Source: Pavona decussata
Lineage: Eukaryota
Direction: 5' to 3'
DNA length: 64,000 bases
Assembly (NCBI GenBank): GCA_977016875.1
Contig: CDRNST010000011.1
Location: 1,116,001-1,180,000, forward strand
Shown piece after piece: positions 52,871-64,000 of this stretch; positions within the stretch are counted from its first letter, which is position 1, and each line of letters starts with the position of its first letter. The translations under genes and the position numbers were made by a program. The notes below the pieces were generated by a model. That model was not told where the DNA came from. It saw only the letters and a list, made by a program, of their open reading frames with translations, and ran no database searches.

Positions 52871-53799
52871 GGTCTATTGCTGTGTGGTCAAATGAAACTT
52901 GCAAAATAGTACATAGAATGGAAGAATTGATCGAGATTGTCCAAAGTTTTTCTCATCATTTTTTTTTTCACATCGCCCACAGGATCCTGCTGCTTTAGCT
53001 GCTGTTGTTGAACCTCCAGACCCAGTTTAAGAAATTCGCCAACATCCTTCCCAAGTCCAAGAGGTACACTTTCTTTCATTTCTTCATACCTTTCTTGGTT
53101 CATGCACGTGTTCAGCTTTTCGCTTTGTCTTCCCATTTGCAAGGTTCTCTTGTCATACTATTGGCACTTTCCATTGTTTATTGTCTTACTCCAAGTTATG
53201 TTCTGTTCTTATTTTCTTTATTCAGGCGTTGTGCTTTGCGCAATACGTTTTTGCAGATTTATGCAGGTTTTTGTTCTTCGAAAGGCAAAAGGTTTTTTGT
53301 AGTCTGTTCTTTAGTGCCATGGGATGTAAATTTCATTTTTAGTTTGTTTTCCCCATGAATATTTTTCCCATGTTACATGGGATGTTGTTTATAATCATTT
53401 GCTCTTCCTTGCTTTTTTTCATGGTATCAGTGTTATATTTTGTTATTGCATAGAATGTTATTTATCTGTTTTTCCTCATGCAAATTCAGTTGTGCCGGTT
53501 TTTCAGTTGCGTTGTTGGTGGCATAAGATGTAGTTCAGCTCCAATGGTCTTTGTTTTCCTCGCACTAGTTGTAAAAGCTTCTTCCTTAGGTTTTGTGGTA
53601 TTACATGTAGATGCTATTTTTGATTAAGTGCAAAATTTATTTTCCTCATACAATTTTGTAAAAAACCATTACCCGCTGATAATTTTAAGAGAAAATTTAC
53701 CATCTCTCATGTGCATGTTTTAAATTGCTAATTTACCATCTTTCAGTATTTAAATCATAGCTACTTGTTGTCACCTTAGTCTGAAGATGATATAGTATC

Positions 53800-54899
53800 A
53801 TGTTAAGTGAACTAAATAACTTAGATGTTGACCCCCATCTTGTCAGGTGGATTGCTTCTTTCTTAACAAATAGGAGTCAGCGGGTTAGGATTGGGAATTC
53901 CTTATCTCCCCCTGTTGGGCTCAATGGTGGGACACCTCAGGGTACCAAACTCGCCCCCCTGCTCTTCTGCATCCTCGTAAATGGAATGGCAGCTAAGTGT
54001 AAGAGCAGAGTCAAGTATGTAGACGATGCTACTGCCATGGAAATCATCCCTAGGTGCTCGCCATCTTACCTACCATTTACAGTATCCGATATCTATACAT
54101 ATGCTTCCTTAAGAGGCATGATACTTAATTCTAAGAAATGCAAAGAAATGATCATTAACTTTATGCAGTATAGCCCATTCCCCCCTGGCCCCCTTACCGT
54201 TGGGGGTTCTGTCATTGAAAGGGTTGTGACCTATAAGCTCTTAGCTGTCTATATCTCTGAAGATCTTTCATGGAACGTACACATAGAGCATATAGTCAAA
54301 AAGGACAACAAGCGTTTGTACACACTGCGCGCGGTTAAGAAGAGTGGCCTCACTATCAAGCAGCTAGTGCAAGTGTACTGTAGCATTGTACGATCTGTAC
54401 TAGAATATGCCTGCACTGTGTGGGCAGCTCTGCCAAAATACTTAGATGACGCTATAGAATCTGTACAAAAAAGGGCCCTACGCATCATTCTACCGAATTG
54501 TCACTATGACGAAGCCCTAATTCAATCTGACATCACTGCCCTTTTCCAGAGAAGGGAAGAAGCTTGCATAAATTTTATCAAGCGTGATTTCCTGTCATCT
54601 CCTGTCCTTAAGCCATTAATTCCTCGCGTGTCAATTGACAGGCCGTACTGCCTCCGATCAGGCGAACGTGTTCCGGTGCGCTTTGTCCCCAAGACAAAGC
54701 GGTTCGCAGATTTCTGCACCATTAAGTATCAAGACCAGTTGTAATCCTTTTCTCTGTTATGTTTTCTCTGTTATTTGTGCTTTAATCATACTTATATAAC
54801 TATTTATCTGAATGTCTTCACACCGTAGTGTCTTGTACTATTGTAACTGACCATCCTTGTAATTCAGCCTTTTAGGCTGCGAGAGGGATTCCAATAAAC

Positions 54900-54958
<59 letters not shown>

Positions 54959-54969
54959 TTATTATTATT
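53800..54969 (+). mobile_element. 5'-truncated L2-group LINE with (TTA)n tail
   Basis: 314-aa RT C-terminal half (GTPQGTKLAP, KYVDD), AATAAA, then a TTA microsatellite at 54900-54969. Confidence 0.92.
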
Positions 54970-55639
54970 GAAAGATAACAATTGAGTACACCAACGTTCC
55001 TTGCATTTGTTGTCCATATCATTGACACAATGGATTTCCTCGGACTGACTGTGAAATGGAACTGGAGCAGTGGGTTGCGGGTACATTTCTCCAACAAATT
55101 CTACATTGGAAGAATAACAAAGTTCACCCATGATGGAAATTTAGTTGTAAGATTTCTTGACCTGCGTCCCAATGACAAGTTCCAGTACAGAAAGGATGTC
55201 GAAGAAGTCGAAAAAAATGGATATTTCATTGTGACGTCAAAGTGTTTTGGACCATAAAAAGTCCTTTGTTATAAAAATTATGGAGATTCTCAGCACAAAA
55301 TATGCAGAATTCAAAAAAGAATTACCTCTGAAGAGCAAAGGTGAGCTGTAAAGGTGGCGTAATAGTTCTGGCCTTCAACAAATGCTTATTATGCATTCAG
55401 AGTGAAGACACTCTTATATGTATGTATATTTTCTTACCATAAGGTCATTCTGAGTGATTTGTGATTCCATTAGATTTTTATTATCATAGACCTTTGTAAT
55501 TAATTTAATTATAGATTTTGTTTTGTTAATTATACACGTAATTCAGTCTTAAGACTGTGAGGTGTTTTTTTTTTCAATAAACGATTTTACTACTACTACT
55601 ATATAAGCTAATTCTCCTATCAGTATAAATCACAACGTA

Positions 55640-56610
55640 ACGCCATTGCAATCCAAGTTACAACAGAAAATCTATGGACAAGGAAAGTTTTCGAAAAATG
55701 CAGACATCAAAATGCCAGAAGAGGAAAAAGAAGTTGTTGCGCTAAAAGCGCTTGCTAATGATCTCTCTGAGGGCCTTACAGCCATCAAAAAAGACAAGTC
55801 AAACAAAGGAAGGGCTGCACTTGAGGTAGCAAAATCGCTTTCTTTTTGACACAATGTTAAAAATGTACAAGCCAAGACTCTTTCAAAGCTGAAAGCCTTA
55901 GATAGAAGAAGCATCAACTCAGGAATTGAGAAACGCAAAAGAATCTTGCAAGGTGAAGAACCAAGATAGCTTGCAACCAAAGAAAAACCAGGCGAGATGC
56001 AGTCACAGAAGAAACCAAAGAAGTTGTTTATGATTATTGGAAATTAGAGGCAAGTAGACCGATAGAAAACAAGAAAGACTTGGTCAGAAAATGCGTTGGA
56101 GTGAAAACGTGGGTTGAACCTCCGAAACATGCGTGAAAAAAACCAAACGGAAGCCTGCGTAGAGTTCACATCCATACATCCAGAAATAAAGATATCTCGG
56201 CAAAAATTTGAAAACCTGAAGCCCTTTTCTGTTAAGGGTGCAAGAGAACAGGATAGACAGATTCGCATGTGTCGCCTGCATGTTGAGCTACAAATAGTCT
56301 TCAAAGATTGCATGAAGTTCAGGAAAAAAGTCACTGATGCGAGTTCAGAGAAAACAGATGAATTGGAAGTATATACCTCTGTTGGAAGTGCCATTGAACA
56401 AACTCTTTGCCTGACACCTGGAGACGAAAAGTACCACAAATTAAGATGTCTGAAAAGGGAGTGTAAGGACAATGGAGTCCACAAATTGGTTTTGCTGCGG
56501 GGGAAAAAGAAGGTGTTGGCAATCATGAAGTCAAATGGAAGAGGTATGACTATGTGCCAACTGGCAAACTGACTGCAGATGGGAAAGAGATGAAGAAAAT
56601 CACCCTATTG
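55640..56610 (+). pseudogene. Decayed DNA-transposase-like N-terminal region (possibly Sola2-type)
   Basis: F..IHPEIKISRQKFENLKP...DR...MCRLHVE...LC...CLKRECKD Cys/His pattern; several stops. Confidence 0.45.
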
Positions 56611-56832
56611 AAGATGCGCATAGGGCCAAAGGAACTGTTTCAGGTTTTGGTGAAGAAAATTTTGGAAAGGCAACGTAGTGCACAAAGAGGACCGAGTAAC
56701 ATATCCAAAGTCTGAAGGAAACAGCAGAAAATATCTCATCTGATAGGAAAAGTGATGATGACGTTAACACATCTGAGACGTTAGAAAAGGCAAAGACAGG
56801 AAACGCTGGATTCAGAGACTGAACACACACAT

Positions 56833-57833
56833 TGTCCCAAAATTCATATTATTCATGTTTTTGTTGTTTTCATTTCATGTTTGCATTTTCATGTTTCGTG
56901 TTTGCATGTAGAAATTTAGTCGTTTCTTTTTCATTATCTAAATTCGTTAGGTTTATTGTTAATTATTTGTAGTCTTAATTCGTCGTATTTTTATCAGTCA
57001 AAAAATGTCACTAGTATATTAGTAGTTATTGTTTTAGAAAATGGTGTGTAGTATTGTAAATTTCAATGTAATCTAACTAACTATTATTATTCCCGTTACC
57101 GTATATTTTGTATCTTATTGTGTAATCAGCATTTATTGTATACCTTGTAGTTAGCGTTTTCTGGAATCTTCTTTGTAATGTCGTAATTGTGTACAGTATT
57201 TAAATAGAGGTCAAGGTTGTTGTTGTGTAGTTGGTTGTTAATCTTGGAAGGAGAAAAAGGACAGAGAAGTAAGAAGAAGTAAGGAGAAGCAAAAAAGTTT
57301 GTATTGCAAGGTCGAAGGCAAAATTCTTCAAGTCACTGTCAAGAGCCATTGGCAGGAGCCGGCCGTGTTTTCCTTGACATAAACCCTTTTGTCAGCGGCG
57401 GCGAGTGAACAAGATTTCAAGGCGTGTGCATAGAAATTAAAACTGAGTGCGGCGGAGTCAAACAAGACGGGAACAAAGAAGAGAAAAGGCGCCAGAAGAG
57501 AAGAAGCAGAGGTTTGTGTGAACGGTTGTTGGTGCGGTTTGTTTATGCGAGTGGTTGAAGTAGCAATTTGTTTGTGCCTGGAGACGACTTCAAGAACAAG
57601 GAAGGACTGAACTGAACTGAACTGAAATAAGTAATTTAGTTTAAGATAATTAATTAGGTTAAGAAAGTTTTTTTTTTACGTTACCGTTTATTGTGTTTAC
57701 TAAGCGTTTATGTATACTAAATTAATTAAATTTGTTGTATTACTTAGTCTTGTATTACTTAGTGGGTTTGCGGGAAGGGTTTTGTACAGTCCCCTTTTAA
57801 ATCGTGCCTCACAAGGGAGAGATCCACGTCACA
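56833..57833. mobile_element. Solo LTR (1001 bp)
   Basis: TGT...ACA termini, exact 5-bp TSD CACAT (56828-56832 and 57834-57838), non-coding, no long TIR. Confidence 0.8.
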
Positions 57834-58354
57834 CACATAAGGCACAATAAACAGCAACAGGACTTACCATATTTACAATACCTATAATACTTAAACTATA
57901 ATTGTAATAATATACTAGTTATATAATTTGCAACGTGAGCAAACAACAGAATATCCAAGTAAATCGTGAGATGTCACTGCCATACCAATAAATGAGTTGA
58001 GTTCTAGGATCATGAGATATGAATGCCTACATTTAATTTGTTGTGTCAGAAACCAGGGTTTATTCTAGAGTGTGGCTTCACAGGATTTCCGCAATTCAAG
58101 AAATAATGTTGCATAAAATTTATGTTGGCATGTCGAATGGGGCATACAAAATAGTTCCTAAAGATAAGTGCTTATTTCCTGAATTAAGTATTTCAAAAGA
58201 TCATTGACCATAAGAGTGATATGACTTCTGCTTTGAATCCCAATTGCCTTTCTCTTATTGGCTCGTTTCTGTGTTCATATTCTTCACTTTCCTGTAAATA
58301 AAGGCTCATGTAGGCCCCATACTTTGTCAAAAGACACTTAATTTGTCAAAGTCA

Positions 58355-58816
58355 AAGTCAAACATGGTCTTGTACCTGACTGTGTTTCTCAACTATTTGT
58401 CCACTCTACACACTCACTAAGGAATAGTGACTTTGTATTACCGCATTTTGAAACTACACATTATGGCAAGCACTCTGTTAGATATCTCGGGCCATTCTTA
58501 TGGTCAAACCTTACCGACAATCAAAGAGATTCTCCCAGTTTACCTGTTTTTATAAACAAAATAAGAAAACTGAACCTTGCTGACATTTTAATTAATAACA
58601 GCAATTGCTGTAATCTTTGTAGTCAATAGAATCATTTTACTTTTTAAATTTTAATTTTATCATGTACGTAAGTTATACAGGATCTCCCATATTCGTTAAT
58701 TTTAATCACTTCATTCTAAATATCTAACTTTTACTAGTATTTTATTAGTGTCCTCAATTAGTCTACCTAGGCTAAATACATCGACACTTTAATAAAGGTT
58801 TTACTTTACTTTACTT
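58355..58816 (+). mobile_element. Short 3' fragment of an L2/CR1-type LINE
   Basis: LRNSDFVLPHFETTHYGKHSVRYLGPFLW...CCNLC*, then AATAAA and a (TTTAC)n tail. Confidence 0.8.
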
Positions 58817-58914
58817 AAGATGTTTACGCACTCACTTCACTTTCACTGAGTATCTGGCATATTAGACCAAATTTCCTGAGTTTTTTTTTGTTGTTGTTCG
58901 CAAGAGCTTTAAAA

Positions 58915-60709
58915 ATGGCGGATTGTATTGATGACAAGGCCGAAATACATCAAATAATCTTTGAAACACCGGATAACGCGTCAATTTCTTGTCAAGTTGG
59001 TCTGATTATTTGGGTGAAGATTCAGGCAGCGATTCAGAGTCAGAAAGTACTGCAGCACCACATGGTTATGAACAACATGAACAAGCAAGCACCTCGAAAG
59101 CTCCAGCACATCAAGTATTGGGTGGAAGATGCCACCAACAACAAAGAGCTGCTTAGCAAAACCCACCTATCAAGTGTAGTGCAACTAACAAAAGGTTTGT
59201 GGTTCAGTACCCTGAATTTAGAAGCCCTGAACATGGTCCAACATTTGACTTTGAGGTGGATTTCTTACCTGTTGCTTTCTTTGATGCATAGTTTACCAAT
59301 GAGCTGTGGGATTTGTTGATGACAGAGACAAATAGATACGTGAGCCAGAAGAATGTAAATAACTGGAATGATACTACTAGGGAAGGAATGCGTTGTTTCA
59401 TTGGCTTTCTCTTTGGAAGCTCAATCAACAAGGTTGGTGAAATCAATGACATCTGGAGCTCAGACTGGGTGGTTGCTTGCCCAGCCTTTGCTAATTTTTT
59501 TTTACCAAAGACAGGTTCTGGGCCTTGTGGTCTTATTTACACCTAGCAGATAATGAAAGAGCTCCTCAAAGAAGTGCCTGAGATGTTGATAAACTGTACA
59601 AAGTCAGACCCATTATGGATATTCTCACAATATCCTTCAAGGACAATTTCAGTTTAAGTCACAATGTCAGTGTGGATGAAGCTATGGTAAAGGGGAAAGG
59701 ACGCAACCCCATAAAGCAGTATATGCCAGCAAAGCCAATCAAAAGAGAATCTAAACTCCAGTGCCTTGGCTGTTCTTACTATGCATACTTGTGGGCCTTC
59801 CAGATTTATGCAGGCAAAAAAGCAGGAGCAACTTAAGACGGATTGAGTTCCAGAGTCGTTCTTGATCTGTGCCACCCCCTTCTTGACAACTGAAACCATG
59901 TCATTTAGATGAACAACTTCTTCAGCAGTGTTGCATTATGCAAGAAGCTTCATGGCTTTGGCACCTACTCTGTGGGAACTCTTAGGCCAAACAGAAAGGA
60001 TACCCCCAGCCCTAAAAGCCAAGGCCCTCCTAAAGAATCTTAAGAGAGGTGATTACCATTCAGCAAGCAGTGATGGCATTACTGTCACTATCCAGAAGGA
60101 TACAGAAGATGTATCCTTTATTTCTGATGTTCATTCATCCAGAGCGTAGGATACCGTAGGAAGGAGACAAAAGGATGGCTCCGTTCATGCCATAACTGCA
60201 CCACCAGTAATCAAAGACTACAACAACAATATGGGAGCCATTGAAAAAGATGACCAATTAAAAAAGTAAGATGCCATTGATCGCAAGTCTAGGCGATGGT
60301 GGGTGCACATTTTTTTACATTTGTTGGACATTTACAGGGTCATTCTTTTATAATGTATCAACAATGTTATCAGAAATAGAACAGTGGACCTATGGAGGAA
60401 GATCCTTCTCGTCGTTTGCATCAAAAGGAGTTTTCATCACGTCTGGTGAAATCCCTTTGTGGCACCTTCAAAAACAGAATACCCACAGGGCCACCATTTG
60501 CTGTCCCTTTGCCTCTTGTTCGTTCACCTGGCCATGATATCAGTCAATGTGTCACTAAAGAGAGGAAGATGCCATCAATGTGCATGGGTCCAAGCAAAAA
60601 AGTTAGAACAGAGACTGTATTTGGATGCCTTAGGTGCAGGGTGCAGCTGTGTCGTGACAAGTGCCATGATCTTTATCATGCTAGTTTGGCACTGAATAGC
60701 CCCAAATGA
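58915..60709 (+). pseudogene. piggyBac (PGBD4-like) transposase pseudogene
   Basis: SVDEAMV.GKGR..IKQYMPAKP, NNFFSS, DYNNNMGAI, C-terminal Cys-rich domain CxxC...CLRCRVQLC..KCHDLYH. Confidence 0.92.
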
Positions 60710-61062
60710 GTTCTTTCTCTCAAACAGAACTATTTTCTTTGTCAGAACTTTACACTTTACATAGAACATGTGCAATGACTCAGAGGAATTGAATGAAGAC
60801 AGAGTTAAAACTTGAGAATTTGTACACCATATTTATTGTTTGATTATGTTCCCTATTTGTCAAATATAACCAGACCAGAGAAAGTTTTTTTAGGTTTTTG
60901 TACTTGACAGTCTAAATACTTCGCAGAATTTCCATTTACTTTTCCAATATACAAATGTGAAAATTTGAACAAGAATGTATGTAAAAGATCCATTTTTTCC
61001 CATTTTAGTCGCCATTTTGAATAAATTATTTCACTGGAACAATCTGAAAAAGGAGGCTGAAC

Positions 61063-61835
61063 TTTTTAATTCTATCTCGTCCCCAGTCCTAGTCACTCCG
61101 TAGTCACATGAGAGAGCATGCGCATGCGATCAGTCAGTCAGTTGCAAACGTATCTTTCAGTCGATCGGACGTACAATTCTTCACTCCACGAATAAAATAC
61201 ACATCTATCCAAAGAACGACATCAGCGGTAGGCTGCCGACAGGGAAGCGAGTAAACGGAACCGGACTATCCTTCTGTGGTAAGATTTCCCTTTGTGTTTC
61301 CCTGTTTTCTTTCAGCATTCACTGAGGTTCCCGCCAAAACTAATGGCGGCAAACGCAACAAACGCCAATAGCGACGGTCCACCGGACAACGCAACTACAA
61401 GTATCAATAGCCCACCGGGCACCTCAGGCACGACCACAGTCGCGACAAATAATGAGCTTCAAACCACGCTCACTAGCCTCAATAACAACATGACCAGTAT
61501 GGCTCACCTTTTGGAGCTACTTTATCAAGAAAGATGCCCACCGGGCAGTGAAAATACGAAAAGAACAGCCCCAATAGGGGACTCGGGCTCTATCTCGGCT
61601 ACAGACGAAAGACCACGTAAAAGGGCCAGAACGGAGTCGACAGATGAGGATGACTCAGTAAGCCTCACAGCTAGCGACAACTTAGAAGACGATATTGAGG
61701 AGTTAGTTGACCCAACACCCACTCCTCCTAATTCTGCGGAGGCCTCAGCCACTGATAAATTTCTCGCAGATATTGAGAGTATCCTCGATTCGAGTGAAGC
61801 CACCGGTGAAAACCTACAGCCTAAACTGGCTGATA
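61063..61835 (+). mobile_element. Probable DIRS-type retrotransposon 5' end with truncated gag
   Basis: TTTAATTCTATCTCGTCC terminus-like start; ORF from 61343 ends ...FLADIESILDSSEATGENLQPKLADI, which resembles DIRS gag, and is cut by the next element. Confidence 0.6.
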
Positions 61836-61978
61836 TTCTCGGTTTTCAGCTGACGTCATTAGATTATGCAAATTAGGTTTCCGCCATGTTGGTGCCCATG
61901 TGCGGTGTGAAATTGTATGCAAATCTATGCCATTTCTAAGCGCTCACGTTCAAAGTCTTCGAGTAATTCATCTTTCTA

Positions 61979-64000
61979 ATGGATATTTCCCAAGAAAGCG
62001 ACCCAAAACCACAAGATGAGATACCAGTGCTTTCATCCTATGCAAAAAATCTCGAAAGCGACGTCCGAGTACGCTATTTAAAGAAAATTTCTGTGGTTGG
62101 CGTAGATCCAGCGGCCATACCGAGCGAGCAGTTCAGCTCAGAATGTTTGCCTCCTATAGAGGTCTCGGACTTGCTATCCTATCTAGTTTTGGAGACGAGT
62201 TACTACACAAATAAGCAATTTAAGCCCTTCAAAAGTTTGGAGGCGTACAACCAAATGGTTTCTGGTTTTGTTGCGTCAGTTCAAGGGAAAGAAATCGCGG
62301 GCAAGATTGTTGTTGTGGCCAAGGTGAGACATTCACAGCGAATGAACGATCCCCTTGTGAACATTTGGATGATTGTAGAAAAGGACGGCACCATTATCTC
62401 CGCGCATTGCTTAGGCTGCAAGGCAGGACTGGCTGAATCCTGTTCTCATGTAGCGAGCGTGATGTTTTACATCGAAGCTGTGACACAGATTCATGGAAAG
62501 CTCGCCTGTACACAAACGAAATGCACGTGGATTTTACCAACATATGTCAACGAAGTACCGTATGCAAAGGTTAGGGACATAAACTTTTCATCAGCTAAAA
62601 AACTCAAAAGCGCGCTGGAACAGAAAATCGAGACATTACATCAAAATACTGGGGAAGGAAGCAAAACAGAAGAACGGTGCGATCAAACCCAGTTTGCGTC
62701 CAACGCCATTCCATCATATGGAGAAATGCAGGAAGTCTATGCCAAACTTAACGCTTGCAAAATCAAAGCTGTAGCACTTAGCCTAATCGATCCCCATGCC
62801 GACCAATTTATTGATGATAGCCGCACACTGCCAATTATTCCTGACTTGTTTGGAACGGAAAATCTCAAGCTGGACTACCCGGAATTAATCAAAATGTGTG
62901 TTGGAGTATCACTGGGTGTTCCTGAAGAACACATTAGCAAGGTAGAAATCAGCACACGTGCTCAAGCAAGTGGTTCTGGTTTTTATAGACATCGTGCAGG
63001 CAGAATTGGTGCATCTCAGTGCTTTTCAGCCTTTCACACAAACCTTGCCCAGCCCTCCCAGTCTTTGATTAAGACAATTTGTTACCCAGGCCTCTATAAA
63101 GTCAACACCAAAGCTACAAGGTATGGCCAAAAGCACGAAAGTGATGCCATAAAGGCATATGAAGCATCCATGAGAACACGTCATGTGAATTTAGAGGTCA
63201 AGAAGTGTGGTTCATTCATCAACAAAGAGAATTCATTTCTTCATGCCACCCCTGATATTCTTGTGTCCTGTGACTGCTGTGGAAGTGGAGGTGGAGAAGT
63301 TAAATGTCCAATAGTCATTGTTGATGGCAACTTTGAGGACTATGCTAAACATAAAAATTCCTGCCTGGAAAAAGTTGATGGGAATTTACAGCTGAAAAAA
63401 AGTGACAGGTACTACTATCAAGTACAGCAGCAGCTTTTCTCAGTCCCAAATCTGCAATATGTTGACTTTGTTGTGTGTGCCATTGATAAGGCAAAAAACA
63501 TTCATTTATTTGTGCAGCGTATATATCCAGATGTGCAGCACTGGAACTTTGTTTTGCCTAAACTAGAATTATTCTGGAGAATATGCATTCTCCCAGAGAT
63601 TTTGGGACGGTGGTATACCCGAAGGTGCACAGTACCACCTACACTACCAAGCAAGGATGCTATTTGTTTTTGTCGCGTAGAAAGAGACGAGGACAGCATT
63701 TTATGTTGTAACAAGGACTGCCCTTATCAAAGGTTTCATCCGTCTTGTCTGTCTCTCACTTCCATCGGAATGCCAAAGACCTGGTACTGCCCTCACTGTT
63801 CCAGACTTCCTCAGTTCAAGAGGAAAAGGAATACCAGAAAATCCTCACGACCTACTGTTGTGTCAGATCATGCAGCAATGAAATGTGATAGTATTTGTAT
63901 TTGCAAGGCAAAGCCTACCCCCACCGACAAGTTAGTTGAGTGCCATGGAGAAAGCTGCAAAAATGGAAAGTACTTCCACCTTGCTTGTCTTGATTTGAAG
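61979..64000 (+). CDS. SWIM finger + YqaJ/lambda-exonuclease + tandem PHD protein (ISL2EU/Kolobok-type accessory gene), runs off the window
   Basis: Frame from ATG 61979: AHCLGCKAGLAESCSHV, HRAGRIGAS, YGQKHE, FLHATPD, EVKCP, YYYQVQ, two PHD patterns. No stop seen in the segments I translated. Element terminus near 61835. Confidence 0.9.
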   Translation, partial: MDISQESDPKPQDEIPVLSSYAKNLESDVRVRYLKKISVVGVDPAAIPSEQFSSECLPPIEVSDLLSYLVLETSYYTNKQFKPFKSLEAYNQMVSGFVASVQGKEIAGKIVVVAKVRHSQRMNDPLVNIWMIVEKDGTIISAHCLGCKAGLAESCSHVASVMFYIEAVTQIHGKLACTQTKCTWILPTYVNEVPYAKVRDINFSSAKKLKSALEQKIETLHQNTGEGSKTEERCDQTQFASNAIPSYGEMQEVYAKLNACKIKAVALSLIDPHADQFIDDSRTLPIIPDLFGTENLKLDYPELIKMCVGVSLGVPEEHISKVEISTRAQASGSGFYRHRAGRIGASQCFSAFHTNLAQPSQSLIKTICYPGLYKVNTKATRYGQKHESDAIKAYEASMRTRHVNLEVKKCGSFINKENSFLHATPDILVSCDCCGSGGGEVKCPIVIVDGNFEDYAKHKNSCLEKVDGNLQLKKSDRYYYQVQQQLFSVPNLQYVDFVVCAIDKAKNIHLFVQRIYPDVQHWNFVLPKLELFWRICILPEILGRWYTRRCTVPPTLPSKDAICFCRVERDEDSILCCNKDCPYQRFHPSCLSLTSIGMPKTWYCPHCSRLPQFKRKRNTRKSSRPTVVSDHAAMKCDSICICKAKPTPTDKLVECHGESCKNGKYFHLACLDLK

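Noticed and set aside
54838-55131. Poly-Asn and poly-Ile ORFs
   Set aside because: These are translations of the LINE (TTA)n tail.

Overview
AT-rich eukaryotic DNA with spliceosomal GT-AG introns. The transposon content resembles a marine invertebrate such as a stony coral (inference). Almost the whole window is nested, mostly decayed mobile elements: pogo, MITEs, KolobokP-like, Penelope with a hammerhead ribozyme, Harbinger, EnSpm/CACTA, several L2/CR1-type LINEs, Gypsy, a solo LTR, piggyBac, DIRS and an ISL2EU/Kolobok-type YqaJ gene. The standout is a young 10,543-bp element at 31237-41779 with perfect 54-bp TGT...ACA terminal inverted repeats and an exact 5-bp AGCCC target-site duplication (Ginger-like termini). 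I found no integrase in it. It carries an apparently intact ~22-exon gene (PHD finger, Ulp1/SENP protease, MUM1-like segment, NFKBIL1-like C-terminus) that the ORF track misses. Its first intron holds ~30 copies of a ~94-bp unit containing a 15/16 match to the element's own TIR. The element sits in an intron of a decayed Ulp1 paralogue with matching exon boundaries. All domain and family calls come from motif recognition and manual splicing, not database searches.
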